Shown: positions 39,202 through 54,628, counted from the stretch's first letter. The stretch is 64,000 nt of DNA from Lingula anatina (GCA_051362555.1 CM120644.1:8626954-8690953), one strand, 5' to 3'. A program made the numbers and translations. The notes: generated by a model not told the origin, from the letters alone.

Positions 39202-42200
39202 CTGCAAATAAGATAAAATGTCTGTCCATTAATGATAATGTTATAAAAGCCTTTTTACCATAATTTTAGACAAAAGAACAAAAAATCAAATATGTCTTGC
39301 CATAATTAAAAAAAAAACATCATGTTTGCATTAACAAGGGTAAGAAGTGCGGTTAACAGGATATACCTATACGTCAACCCAATATTTTATTTCACAACCG
39401 ATATAAGAGTGGTAATAACCTGAAGTAAACAACTGAAAAACAAAGGTATTTCAGCATAATAGAAAAGTGAATGTCACACATTTCTGAAAGTTTCATAACC
39501 CCCATCTAACACACACACACATACACACACACACCCCACCAAAGAATTGACACATTACTCAAATGGCTTAAAACACGTTTTGTTAGGTTTTACACATACT
39601 TACGTCCAAATCTGACCGTCTTTTTCTCAGCCTTTTTAGTGGTGAACAGAGCGCCTATCTTATCCATCAGATGTTTATTCAGCTCCCTATCATACTCCTG
39701 CTTGGTAGGGTCCTCTTTGACGTCCGACAGAGTGTCGTTGATTATAGACATAAACATGTTCAACAAAATGAAATTCATCGACATTGCAAACACAACGAAC
39801 ACTAAGATCATTACAAGAGAGTCTTGCTCCCGGAGATCAGCGTATTTTAGAATCCCCAACATGGCACCAAATAGACGGTACATAGATTCGGGTATTTCTT
39901 TGAAAGAGGTAGTGAAATCCCCGGTCTCTATCACTAGCGCCGCGCTAAAGCTGTACAAGAGAACGACGAATATCCCGACGTAGTTCATGACCTCTCCAAA
40001 GCTCCGTTTGAGGATGGACTTTAAGACGGCAAAACTCTCGCTAAAGGAGAGAGGAGCAAAAAGCTGCATCATGGCCAAAAACAAGTCCAAGGCTATGGCA
40101 GTACTGTAAGCGTCGTCCCAAAGAACTACTCGATCGAAAGGTACAAACTTACCTAGATAATGAAAGTAACATCACGGAATATATAATTTCGACATAAAAT
40201 GCTGAAAACACTCTGACTACTTAGATCACATAGATACCCAAGTGATGCTAGGCAAATAAATAAGCATCAAGTAAGAACCCCTTTAAGCATGATATTGTAA
40301 TACACGGCAAATGTTTTTTGGTAAAATGAGATCAACACCAAAAAACTTACCAATATTATTCTTGACCTCCTCGACCACTTCCACGAGGTACACCGTCCTG
40401 AGGACAAAGAAAGCCATGCTTAGGAACGCCATTATGCAGTCACAGAGGCCTAGGACGTGCCACAGATGTCTGTAGAAGTACTGCAACTTCATCTTGAACA
40501 TCAGAATCAACTCCTTCACGAAGAAATAGATCACGAAGATTGCCCATATGATCTGGATGAGAAGCAGAACGAAGTCGAATGCCTCCACGTACGGGTAAGG
40601 TCTGAAACTTGACTGCGTGGCCGACACCATCATGCCACCGGTGACGGGGAATTCGATGGCGACCCTCACCATGGTGAAGACGTTGACGAACGCGTTGTTG
40701 ATGGTGAACTCCACGAAGACAGCCCTCGTAGAACGGTCCAACCAGTTGTTGGCTTTGAGACTTGTGAATGTGGCTGTCGCTGCGGCCGCGCTGGAGACAT
40801 CCACTATATATCCGCTAGGGGGATATGAACCAAATAAACCGCTGTACCAAAAGTCGTTTGGGCCGTCCTGAACCTTATATTCAAATCCCTGTGGCATGGT
40901 GTGTCCAGCAGTAAGGTTGAATATGTCCCATTCTTGAAAGAAACACAGTGCGGTTTTTATTTTGATAAATGCTAATGAAACTAATATAATGTATCGCAAA
41001 GCAACAGAAGCCTGAACTACAATGTAAAAGAAATTTTGAGTCTTTGTTTTTATATTTCCCATTACTTTTAAAATGCTATAAGAAGATGAGATGATGGCAT
41101 TTACCTTCCGTGTGGTTGTGTCTCACTTCAAAGCGGTCCTCCCAGTACGGGATACAAGAGTTAGTCAGTTTGTACATGGGCTCTACCACAGAACATCCCC
41201 CTGGCGATAGAAGCATTGCAAAATATGGTACAATAGCAACATAATAATAAAAAAATAATAATATAAATCGAGTACTCAATATCACATTTACAATTACTGA
41301 ACAACATGTTTCAGTCAGTCCTATTATGTTCACTTGTCTGTGAGGGCAAATTAAGGTAACAATACCAAAATTGTAAAACCTTGCAACATATGAAAACATT
41401 TCACAAAATATAACATCCTAACAACAACGTATGACTTACCTTTTCTGACGCGCACTTGGCGCAGACGCAATGGGCCCAGTCTCAGTCCCGCTAGATCTCG
41501 TATGAACTGAGTCTCGTAGGCGTCTAGAGTGTCACCATTATACAGCGTCGTTGGGAACACCCCGGGCACGATTGTTTCGTCTAACCACGTCCAAATGTCA
41601 TCAAAGCTACCAAACTACAAAAATATTAAAATAAAAAAGAACGTTATGCTACCTGTATTTAAATGATATTCAAACGTGTCGTAAGACTCCTAATCACACT
41701 TACAAACAATTAATTAACCAAAATCATGTTATATCCAAAATTATCTTGACTTCCTCAATTACAATTAAAAAGACAGGCAATCGTATAATTTTTATTTTAC
41801 GTGACAACAGTGTGTTCAATACCGACTTGTATGGCAAATGCGACAAACCAGCACACTCGTTTACCATACTGTTTTATTCTAAATTCTAGCTACAAAGAAA
41901 ACTGAAAGCAGTTACGCATGCAAAAACACGTATTTATCAGAGATCTAACAATGGCACTTGCTCCCAATGGCTTACCGATATATCCCCCATTTCGAAACCA
42001 GTCCGCACAGCGTAGTTTTGCAGAAAAAAGTTGTCATCGCGGTTACTGAAGCAGATGACGATGAGTAAAAATAAGTGCAACAGGTGAACTGCCACGTCCT
42101 GCAGTTTCCCCATCAGTCTTTTGTCCCGAAGATGCGACGCTCTTTTCTCCTTCAGTTCCTCGCTGTTGTCGCCTGGTTCCTCGAGTTGATGCGGTATGAA

Positions 42201-44432
42201 TACGGTCACTATGAAAATATCCAAATATCCAAAAATGTGTAATTAAACATAGTAAGTGGACCACGAAGACCGTCCTATGACTTGACTAGCTGCCTTTAAA
42301 TGAAAATCGTCCTGAATCCTTAGTTATAATGTCAGTTGTTCCAAGATGTTACTTTTACTATTAAAACAAATACCAAAAATTGCCCACTGCAATAATCTAA
42401 CGATTGGAGACGCAGAAATAATAATGACACAAGTAGTACATCTAGGTATTTTCTTACCCGGTCCCGAGCCTCGTCGTGACACCAGTACATCGATGTTCTC
42501 CATGTCCATGTCGTCCTCATCCTCAACGGCCGGTAATTTGGATATACACGAGAACGCCACTGCTAACAACACCACCTACAAAATACACATCATCAGAGAG
42601 GAGGAAGATATTACTACTTGAACTGAACCCTTTGGATATTAAAAGTTCTTCAAGGATACAATATTTATCTATTTTTGAATCAGATTTTACAGCAGAAACG
42701 AGTACCACATGTTGTGTCGGCAACGAAAAGTTTACCAACCGATGAATTTGTTACCTACATGTTTCCGAATACTCATTTAATACTTTCATATTTCAAAAAT
42801 TGCGAAACTTTATCGACACGTATTTGCCTCAATAATTAGAATTCCATTTGCACATATCATGACACACTTATATTAATGTACTGGTATCTTTCACACATGA
42901 CACCCTTGCAGCGATTCTTGCTTACCTTAATCGGCTGAATGATGATGAAAGACTGTGTGAAAGAGAAAAACATGGACAGTAGCCAATCCAGCGCCTTCTC
43001 CTTCCCCCACTGAAGGCTGTAGAGAAGCGTAAAGAACCCCGACGCCGCCACAGACAGTATTACAAGCACGTATCCCACTATGATAAAGCCCCAAGGCAGC
43101 ATCAGCGGTTTGGAGGCTTCCTTCTTTTTCTTGGCATCAGCCTTCCCTAACGCATCGAAGAAGTTCCCCCTCGTGAAGGGTTGCATGGCCAAGGACATCA
43201 GAAGCTCGTCTGTCACCTGACTACCAGATTTGTCGTCAGTGGTCGCTGAAAAATACGTGTCGCGGTACGTTACGGGTATCATGCGTTCAGGGTACGCTAT
43301 TCCATACTCAGTGCTACATATCCCATAAGAATCAAGACCATTTTCTTCCTTCGCCTTCATTTTCTTCTCATTCTCCTGCACGCCGTAAGATATCGCCACC
43401 GGCTTCAAGACAACCCCAGTCCCGAACCGCGATTGCCCCTCTTCAATGTCAAATTTTTTGGTGTCTGTAACCCTTGGCTTGGCACGCCTGAATATCTCAA
43501 TCATGATGACAGTTGGGGGGACCACAAGGAGACTTCCTATAAAGCCGACATAGACCTAGAGACGGAAGCAGATAATTATATTTATATGATTTTTCAGAAA
43601 ATAGTAATTGCTTTTTTAATACTAGAAAGCAGTTTTAATAACAGAAATGCACTTTCCGTACAGTACCATTGCAAATCTGCTGCGAGTTGCAGACATAATC
43701 TTTTTTTTTCTCGCCGAAAGGAAGATATTTCAACATTGTGGCATCAATACTCGATATTCATATTACCAAGAGGCCTGTACAGCAATGTTTCAGATGAATA
43801 TTACAGCAAATATTAAGACAGTTACACTATATAGCGTTCACTAATAAATGTTTTAGCAAACGTGAACTAGCGGGCATTTTAGAGAAAATAATTTCAGTCT
43901 ACCGCCAGCAGGACCATTTGTGAAGTAATACACTCTCCTGGCCAGTCCTTCGAAGTATAAAGCGCGTCTTCAACCCAGTTATAAATAAATTAATTCACAA
44001 AATCGCGTTATAAAGTCAAAGTAATATTCTCTCGTTATCCACATCTCATTAAATAAATATGTATAATTAAGCGTCAGCGCATAAACTCTGCCTTCTCTAA
44101 ATCTGCCATTTTACCTGGCGGAAAGTGATGGTGATGGGGCCCAGAGATATACCGCTGCTCGACGTCCCCTCTTCCTCTCCCTTGAAGAACATGGCGTTGG
44201 CAATCATGGCTAGGAAGAGCATCGCTATACACACCGAGACCCTCTGCACTCGGGAGAACCTGAAGGTATTTGGAACATTGACACACAGAGAAGACTGACT
44301 TTAATAAATAGCGGTGTTCGATAATACAGTTTAACGTGCCCTGTGCGATTTTTATTTTAATATCTGCGCAAACAAGTTTCAATTTATTTCCTTATCCATT
44401 TTTAGATTCTTCTTTTTCTACTAATTATTAAA

Positions 44433-44484
<52 letters not shown>

Positions 44485-46154
44485 TGCATTGGTGTTGTAG
44501 TTAATACAGATTAACAATACGAATCTGTTTTTATTGACAAAACATGAATGGTTTGACTTAATCTGCCTCTGCTTGTCTGTGTTAGGTTAAACTTTCCCCT
44601 TTACCTGCTTGACGTGGGTCGAGTGAACACCGAAATCCACAAGTGATCGTCAAAGAAATTCTTGGAAGCGTTTTCCTCGAAAAGTTCGTTGAACTCCTGG
44701 ATTTCATCTTCAGAGCGTGCAGTGAGCAGACGTTCGATCCTCTTCTCGCCTTTGGTATGTGACAGCCACCGACCACAGGTGAAGAAGAACCTGCAGACGG
44801 ATTAGGTATAACTTTTTAAACCATATCATCACCTTCAGACTAAGATCATACTCCGCGTCTCCTTGTCAGACTCGCGTTCATCTAACAGTACATGTGCGGA
44901 ACTATGTGTCCAAACATACAAATACATGTAAATTCGTTTTGTTTCTCATCGTGAGCAAATTTTTATAATTCATTGATTTATTTTCAATATCTTTTGACAC
45001 AAAGTCATTCCAAGGCACCCTCTAGCGAGTAATATTCCACACCTTATGAGACAGCCTCTTGTTCATTGTTTGTGAACAAAAATAACTTTCAAAACAATAT
45101 ATAAGTCCACCGGAATGCAAAAAAAAAAGATATTAAAAAAGCTGTAGACTATTTCAGAAAGACTAACACCCCATTTCCATAGATTTTTAGATCGATCTAT
45201 CCCTGTGGGGAGTCTCACTAGATTACTGTCAGCTTGGCCGGCTTAAGCGTCTGTCCCGCCTACATAAAGCTGTAAGGGGGTAATTAACTATGGTGCCCGC
45301 TCAGCTGACTGCAATTTAGCGTGAACCCCCAGGGAGTTAGGTCGATCTAAATCTTACTCTTTAGATCGATCTAAATCTCTGGGAAAGCACCCTAAGAACG
45401 TACAATCTCTACGTACCGTTTTTTCTCTGTGACGTCATAGACTATGATCTTTCTGAGGAGCCAGTGGGGACTTTTCCCCTTCCCGTCATGCCATATCTGC
45501 ATATTAGTAAGTTTTCCTAGGGACTTGGGGACGCCCATGATGTAGTTATTGGTAGTGCCACTTTGTAAACACTAATTGGTAAAGGTAACTAGTATAATTA
45601 CGCTTGTTTAATGCAAACGGTATAGCCTTTGTTCGGTATTATCACAGGATAGTTTTGCTGGGGTTTGCTTCAGACGTTTAATAAAAACACAAACCCAGTG
45701 CACAATCATCAAAATATGGTACAGTTACAGCTTAGTTGTTTTATACTTGATGTGATGGCGAATGTTTGAGATGAAACTACCAGATCCTGATGTGACTAAT
45801 CATTATTGTGCAGTATTTATTTTTATGATATCAGATAATCAATTCACCTTACGCTGTCCATCTGACAGCACTCTTGGTCTTGTCTTCCCGAGTTCCCCGT
45901 GGAGTATGAAGTAAACATTGGCCGATAGATGGCGCGACGAACGCAGACCGGTTAACACGCTGATTCTGTAGTAATAAGTGTCACTTTTCTTGTTGTCAGA
46001 TAACGGTGCATAAGCCCACTAAAATATGAGAACATGGATTTTCAAAATAGTTTTTTTAAAAAACGTGACATGTTGCTCTAAAATATTGTCAATTTTGGGT
46101 TTCATTTCAATACAAGACAAATCATATTGAAACTATTTAATAATATGAACATTA

Positions 46155-46187
<33 letters not shown>

Positions 46188-48501
46188 AATAATAATATTG
46201 TTGTTGTTGTTGTTGTTGTTCTATCTATTATATTACATACCAGTATTCTGTCTTGAAGGTCCCTCCTCCTCATAAATATGACCAATATAATGTACAGAAC
46301 CACTAGACCAATCAGAAAACCGAACACATACGCATTCTCGGCCAGCCGCTCCCCAAAATTGGCGAACACTGCATCGAAGTCGATAGTGTTTGGTGGCTCA
46401 AATAAGCCGGCGGCGAATGATCCGAAGAAGTTGCTCTTAAAGACAACCTTTCTACCTGTCGATTCGGGAGCAATCTGTAAAATTGAAAGCAGCAGTTTCT
46501 TTATTTATTAGGCCTCTATACCATATTAAAATTACACAATTTCTACATCGATATGCAAATCCATTCTTTTTTGTGACAAGTGACATTTAACATAATATGA
46601 AGTATGTCTTCATGTTACCTCTAGCTCTGTGGACGTTTCCCATTGGCTGGTAGTTGCGTTCCACACGCGTGCGTCGATAGTTAGCGCCTGCGCAGTGAAG
46701 TTGGTGGTCGTGTTCCCTGAACTTAGAAGTCTTCTGCTGCTAGATACGACAGCCTGCGGACCTTCACGGTACAAAGTGTTTAAGCATTAAATAAATTAAA
46801 ATACATTGAAAATTATACCCCAGTACGTATGCATGATTAAAAAGAGAAGCTTGAACAGGCAAGTGACCGCATGTGTTGAGGTGGCATTACGGTGGCTAAA
46901 AGTACCTTGGGGTAAATTTGCATAAGTTCCTATGGTATCAATTAAATGAAATAAGCCTGCAATGTATTTTTAGCGTAAGCTATTGCAGAGGGATATTGCT
47001 TAATATTTGAATCAATATGAACATCATATTTGAAGTAAGACAACCAGATCCAAAGCTGCTTCAGTGTTGTAGAGGAGTCAACCCCCCTCCCCCTTCGTGA
47101 GTTCTTAAAATAATTTCTTTTCTCCCTGTCCGTAAGAAGTATCTTACTTTCCTTTTTGACAGCATCTTCCCAAACGTTTTGTAATTCAAGCATCTTTCAT
47201 CAAATAAGTTTTTCACCTTACCTTCCTGGGTAACACCAATGTACATGGTGCCAGCGCCATCGAAGTTCTTAGCAGAGACGAACAATCTGTAGCTGTTTGA
47301 GACTAGACTGACTGATATCCCTGTGGCACTTCCGTAGTCAGTTGTTAAAAGCTGTGTGTCTGCAACAACTTTAAACAAGTACGTGGTTTCTGTCGGTTTT
47401 GTTTTAAAGTTGCCAATCAAGGTGTACGTGTCATTTGGATCGCCGCGCCTGTTGATGGTGACAAGCAAAGACGTTGGGGGGTCACTTATTGTGAAAGCCA
47501 AAAATGACGTGCTGCCATTGCCGTTTTCAACGACTATCTCTTCCGGATCAGTTGTTCTTCCGGTTTCACTTTCGATTTGCACCGGTTCTGTTGGTGTCAT
47601 TATGTTTCCATTAGAATCTTTGATCGTACAGTCGATGCTGGGCGAATTAACATCTTTATTGGAAGCGGAATAGGAGTGAGGGGGCTTGTCGTGTATAACC
47701 ATCTGGGATAAAAAGGCAAAAACTGTTTTACGTTTATGCTGAAGTACATACACAATGTTGATACCCGGTGCAAGTTAAAATAGCATGTTTGTGTTATGAA
47801 TGTTTAACAAGATTAAAAGAGCATATAGCTTGTGCGATTACCAAATTAATTTATTTCCTACAGTTAAATCACGTAAGCGTTTATACATTTTATTTATAAA
47901 CGGTATTCCAGATCAGAAAAACATGGTTGTTTATATTTGAAAACAAGCACAAACACATTATTAAATTATTCCGAACCCCACCTTAGTAAGCAGTGTTGTT
48001 CCAGGCGCAGCGTTGACCCCTGGCATAGCAACGTTGGCATTGGGCGCAGTGACATTTTGTGCTGGGTCATCACTGGTTGATTTCTGTAACGCCATGTTGA
48101 TGCTTCCCCCGGAAATGACGACAGGCGTGGTCCCATTGAGACCACTGTACACTAAGGAAGCCACAGTCTCCAATATTTGGTTGGCTTTTTCTACTGCGGC
48201 TTTAGCCTGGTAAAAATTAAAAAAAAGTTAAGTCTGACAAAACGGCTTAAAATCAATCAAAACTGGTTTGATTTTGAATGCTACCAGTTTTTTTGCATTA
48301 TTTTAGATAACTGACCAGCAATCATTGCCTCTGTTTTTACAAGAAAAAATGTGTATTTCTATGCACTGTAAATGCCACACAGTTGCTGGTTCTGTTTTAG
48401 CTACAACCGTCGCTTATTTCAGTATTGCTTTTCTTCTGTTTCTTGTGTTGCCACACAGTGAATCTGTGTTTTTTTACATACTAGTATATTCATCATCATC
48501 A

Positions 48502-48539
<38 letters not shown>

Positions 48540-50245
48540 GGTTGAATGACATATTTGAAAATGATCATATCGAATCAATCTTACCACAGTTCTGTCGGCT
48601 TCTGACATCTGGCTGCCGCCGCTGCTGGATGAATTACCGGAAGCTGCCGGTGCCGAGGTTGGAACAGAGGTCGCTGTCAAGGACGTCCCGATGGCCGACA
48701 AGAAATCTGGCAATTATATCAATTATGTGGATAGCGCTGCAGGCTGTTTTACAACACAATTCGTTATATTTGATACGTTCCCCTTGAATCGGTTACAAAA
48801 TGAGCAAACCAACCGTAATTAAGAGTGAGATACGTGCAGAAATGTAAACCGATGTTACATGTATGATGTTCATACGAACGCCCCAGATGTACATGTATAG
48901 CTTACGCCAGAATACTATATTATACAGAATACTTATAAAAATTTTAAAAAGGTTAACTTCGAGATCACCCACAAAAAATGGTATTACCATAATGCTTAGA
49001 CAAAGGAATCAACAACACGATAAGTGGAAATGTATTCATAAATATAGGATGCATACTTTTAAATGAAGGGAAACCAATACTCACTTTTTCCAACTCTAGC
49101 CACGGCGTCCACTGGCTGCCCCGCCATCCGCCCTGCCAGGTTGCTGGTGACGTCCAGGAGCTTATCCTAGATAATGTTTTAAACAGTTCAATCAAACTGA
49201 CCAGTTAAATACCTAAAGGCGCATTTATACAACCAAGAGAGTGAAGGATTGAATCAGAAAAAAAAATTAAACTTGACTTGTCCAAACTCAAAATTGCTTT
49301 TGTATTTTCTTTGTATGTCTTTATATTTTCACTTCATCTCTCTGTTGTTAAAATGTGTAATACAGCAACTTATCACTTGATATTTTATCCATGATTCATT
49401 TATTTACAGGTATTTATTCATTGCCCAAACAATGGTTCCTTTAACCAAATACATACTACATTAGTTAATCTTATCATTCATACATCTACTTCAACTTGCC
49501 TATTTTTCTTTTATTTATAAATTTATTTGCCAGTCATTTACTTATCTTTTATTTATATTTAGTATTTATTTTTATGGTACTTACTGCTGCTGATGCATCA
49601 ACGGATGTCAGGTTGCCCAGACCGCTGGATACCTTATCAATAGTATCCACACTCAGCGTTATATTTGGATTCGACGCAAATGATTCAATGTTACTGAGAA
49701 GTTTCTGAAAAAGAATAGAAAATTTACTTCGAGGCGTTTTCTGTGGTGACTCCGATTGTGGAATCCCTTGTTTCTGAGCTGCGAAGAAGTGAGAAATAAA
49801 CAAGGTCGATATGTATGTATGTACATAATTTGAAGTAGCTGCTTGGCTTGCAGGACCCCCGTGTTGCAGACGAGTACCGTAAAAAGTTAATATTAGAAGG
49901 GGCTGGCATTTACCTTTGTCGTACTTCTTATGCTTATGACTGACGTAGTTGAAAAAAATGGAATAACTCCTTATGAGTCAAAATTTCTGCTACAACATAT
50001 ACTTGAAAAAGTAAAACAAAAATAATCGAAATTCTGACACAATTTGGGAATTGGTCTTTTAACGGGAGAGACTGCTCCTCTGCTTTGTTTGAAAATATGG
50101 CGGCCGTCCCAAAGAGGCAACATACATGCACGCTCGGTGATGAGTGACCCATATTTACACAGGAGCTAAATAACAACATGGCTTATGATTACCTGAGTGA
50201 GCGCAGACGAGTTTTGGGATCCATTCCCAGCTCCCGAACCCTGGA

Positions 50246-50301
<56 letters not shown>

Positions 50302-52950
50302 GTGAGGGCTACAAAACTAATATTTCCATTCAAAGGAGTCATTTTTGCTTGAAAACAGTAGAAATTCCACCTGTTTTAATGCAGGCGAACTTGTTCTTTT
50401 GACTCGACTGCTACTGTTTTATCTGTGGGCTAATAGTCATTCTTTGTGAACGCGGTCTCAATGTCGAAAGATCTGTTGTTGGCATAACTTACGGCTAAAC
50501 TCGCGCCAATGTTTAGTACGGCGTCTGCAAAAGCATCCGGGTCCTCCATTAGTGAGTCCAGGTTATCCAACATTTCGTCTGCGCCTTGATTGAAGATACA
50601 GAAAATAAAATCAGAGAATGATGAAACATTGCAACGTGTCCAATATATCCTAGATTTTTTTCTTTTGGAAAAGTATGTTTCATAACGTAGTCAAAATTAC
50701 ATTTTTAAACATATAACATCTTTCTATTTGCAGTTTAGGAAATTGTGACACAAACATCGGACAAGTACCTTGAATGTAATTGGTCCGTCGAGAGAAAGGT
50801 TGTATCCCCTGTAGTTAATTGTTGAATGAAAATAAGATATCAGCTAGACGACTGATCACAAGAGAACACAGGCTTCTTCTATGAATTAAGAGTGTATCAA
50901 ATATGAATAATGGGCGACATGTCTTAATAACAGTATTCCACTCACTCGCTGTTGTAGTTTGGACGGGTGTTGTGGTAATGAGAGGCGTGGTAGTTGTAGT
51001 GGAGGTTGTCGTCGTCGTCTCCTCGGCCATTGTCGTCTGCTCGGGCGTTGTCGTCTGCTCGGTGGTAGTCGTCTGCCTGACCGTTGTCGTCTCACTCTCT
51101 GTAGTAGTGGTCATCTCCTGTGTCGTGGTGTCCTCCATTGTCGTGGTCATTAGGTTCACTATTTAATACATATTATATTATATTATATTATATTATATTA
51201 TATTATATTATATTATATTATATTGCGGGTCCAGCATTTCCAGAAGTGTAGTGATACATGACGAAGAACATTTTGTCCCTGTAATTGCTTTTATGCATTA
51301 ATACTGTTAATTGCATCATAACATACTGTAAGCGCCTAAAACCCACACACTACTATAAGAATAGACGTCGCCACGATCGTTTCGTCCTTTCGCCAGTACG
51401 ATGCTCATCATGAATTAGAAGAGATCGAGGCTCAGTGTTTGCAATAATATAGATGTCGCCACCTACCTTGATAACTAATGTTAGCCCCAGCAGCAGTAAT
51501 GGAGCCGTCTGATATGGACCAGAAGAGAATCACGGAGTAATCTAACGTGCCCGTGATGCAGGTGTCCCCGGTGCAGTTTTGGATAAAAGTATAACCTGCG
51601 TCGCCAATGTTTTTGCCAAAGACCTGCACATGATAAATTGATACATGGCGAGTAAAGACCCTCTACCAGGGCCTCAATATAAATAAGGTAATTAAATCAA
51701 TAGATAGGGATACAGATAAATATATGAATTTATTCCAAATGAATAAATAAATAAACGCAAAAATAAGTGCATTTCAAAAACTGGGCATAAACAAATTAAT
51801 GAATAAATGATATTAGACACGGTTGTCCATGTACTTACGCCTACGTAATCATAGCCATCTTCGTATTCAAAACTGTTGACGGTCAGAGTAATAGATGCCG
51901 CATATGGGCCTCCCAGGATGGTGGTGTTGCATGAGTGACCAGTCGGATATTTAAATGGATAATCCGGTGACAAGTAGGTACCAACAGGATCTGTTAATAT
52001 GTGATTGCACTGATAGGACGCTGGAGGAAAACAAAAATGAATTGGCTGTTAAACTAAAAATGTTAAGCTTTTGTAAACATGAGTGAATATGAGAAGGGCA
52101 TTTTATAACCTTGTCGGAGCGGCTATAAAATTCCCTAGTAACATACAAACTCTTATAGCCAAATGATGTAGGATTTTTGATAGGCAATGCACGTTTCATT
52201 ATCATCACTTCAAGTATATTAACGAGAGAAATATCCATTACGCTTTCCAACACTACGTGTATCAGGGCTGCTCATCTCCATCTCACTTTACTTTTCGTGT
52301 GTCTATTTACGATAGGAGAATAAAGAAAAAACAAGCTGGGTGCGATGTATAACAATAGGAATCTATTTTAGGTTTTGCCCAGTTGACAAGCCTGGTTCAC
52401 ACTTGGACTATTTCAGTCTTTGTTTCCACTCGACCAAACATTTTAGGCACTTTTAGCTTGGAAGGCACCGGTACTGCCCAATGATTAGATCGACCTTTTG
52501 GAAATTGATGTCACTCAGTGTCTGTGGAATACTCAGCCAGGTTCACAAATTTTATTATTGCAAAATGTCAAATCTGCTTCCATACTTTCATACAAATAGC
52601 AGATATGCAAATATGCAGTAAGCAATTATGCAGATAGCACCTTACCATTCACAGATATATTAAACCCCTGTTCCTGATTCCGGTAGCCATCAGCGGTGAA
52701 GTAGCCCACCAAAAGCAAGTGGCTAACCATTTGGGACTGCTCCTCTATGATGGTCACGTTTTGTTCTAAAGTCCAACCATAATTATTGCTCTCGCAGTAG
52801 CCCAGTTCGATCTGGAACGTGAAAAATACTGAGTTGAAGAGTACTGTTTGCAGTGTTAGGAAGGTGATGGCAAGAGCTTTAGAAACTCAATTAAGCGCCG
52901 CATCACTGACCGTTCGTTTCTTTATTGCATTATCAACATCATCATCATCA

Positions 52951-52987
<37 letters not shown>

Positions 52988-54586
52988 ACAATGATAAGCA
53001 TGCTGATAAGCCGTCAACACCAACAACAACAGGGCAATATTCAAACCCGGAATGCAAAGACTTGAAAAAATGAGGTTGCAGGCTTCACAATTAAATGAAA
53101 AATGCATTATTTCAAATGAACCGGTGAATGGATGATGCTATTAATATGCATTTCCCTGCAGTTTGATATACTCCCTGAGGTATTAAGATTTAATTACCTT
53201 TAATGTGTCGTTATCCAGGTTCAGCCCATGATAGAAAACCCTGGCTTTTCCATAAGGTAGGCTGGGCATGGAGACGTAGTAATAACACTTTTGGTTCTTG
53301 TCATACACTTGTGGGTAGTTTGAAGATGTGAAATAGGCGACAGGTGCCGCCACCAGCACCTGGTTACAGCTCTCACCTGAAAATTTTTTAATTAATTTAT
53401 CCGTGTGTTAATTAAGTCACCATATTATACGTTATGAATTTACAAACACACAGTTGGACATGCAGCAGCTTAAGTCTTTAGACTAAGAAAGGTTCTTACT
53501 ATACAGTGGTAACAGAATCACAATGACAACATACTGTAATTAACTACGGGTTTCGGAATTGCATGTAAGTTCAACCACTAACTCACAAACAAACGCACAA
53601 ACAAGCAACGCATTAGACTTGCAATTTTTTTCAAAAGTTATTATGTCCAAACAAAAATCTAAATTAAAACACGCACTTGAGTTGCTTAGCGTATTTGCAA
53701 ACACAGTGGTTTTGTTGCCTACAAAGATGCTCCCTTGGCCTTTCACGTCTATTGCATAAAGTATGCCCGGAGTCAGGCCGGTGATGGTAGCGTTGAAAGC
53801 GATCCTGTTCACCACGGCACTGCCACACGAGTTGTATTGACGGTTACCTAGACAGTGGGTACAGTTCACCTGAAAAATTGACATTAGGCATGGAGGTGAA
53901 CATGCATATTGAACAGTGTTAATCAGATCCAGAAGTTATATTTGTGTCTTGCAAGAAACGGATCCTCTCAAGCAATATACTTGTAAAAAAAACAGATTGA
54001 ATGTCAGGTCAGCTTAGTGCCAATTGATAAGACGTTTTCGTGAGCGCAGGTAATGCGGCTGATGAAAAGAAATGAGCATGCTTATAGTGTTTCAAATTCT
54101 CCGTTGATATATTTTGATGGATAACTACAGGTTTAACGTTGTTTTAAGTACATGCTCAATGTGAATGTACAGGTAAACACTATACAAGAGGATATCGAGC
54201 ATCACTATCGTGTTGATTTTGTAGTGGCCATTTACCTGTACCTTTCAGCTAACACAGTGAACGCAATATGTGTACTTTCACCGAACACAATCAGCACATT
54301 GCGCAATCTCAACTAACACAGCGTGACGTCACAACTCACCACGTATTGAGTCACGAGGCTAGCTCCTGTCGCTGGGGCACTCCACTGTATAACGACTGCT
54401 GTGGTGTTTCCACCCACCTGCATCGCGTTCTGAACTTCTGAAATCTCTGTAATAAAATATAGTTAACTGGTGGATGTGATAAAGGGTGATGATGAGTTGA
54501 GGCAAAAATGATAGCCTTGCTCCACATCACATCCTGCGACCTCCAATAATGGTAATGATTTAAAAACATTTGTGTCACTGTGGCCT

Positions 54587-54628
<42 letters not shown>

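Noticed and set aside
50769-50808. 40-nt AG..GT-bounded candidate exon in the polycystin gene
   Set aside because: Its length breaks the phase between flanking exons 50946-51158 and 50493-50578, which join in frame without it. It cannot be fully excluded without RNA data.
37408-51166. Plus-strand ORFs overlapping the large gene (e.g. 39639-39983, 47356-47673, 50903-51166)
   Set aside because: Antisense shadows of real minus-strand exons.
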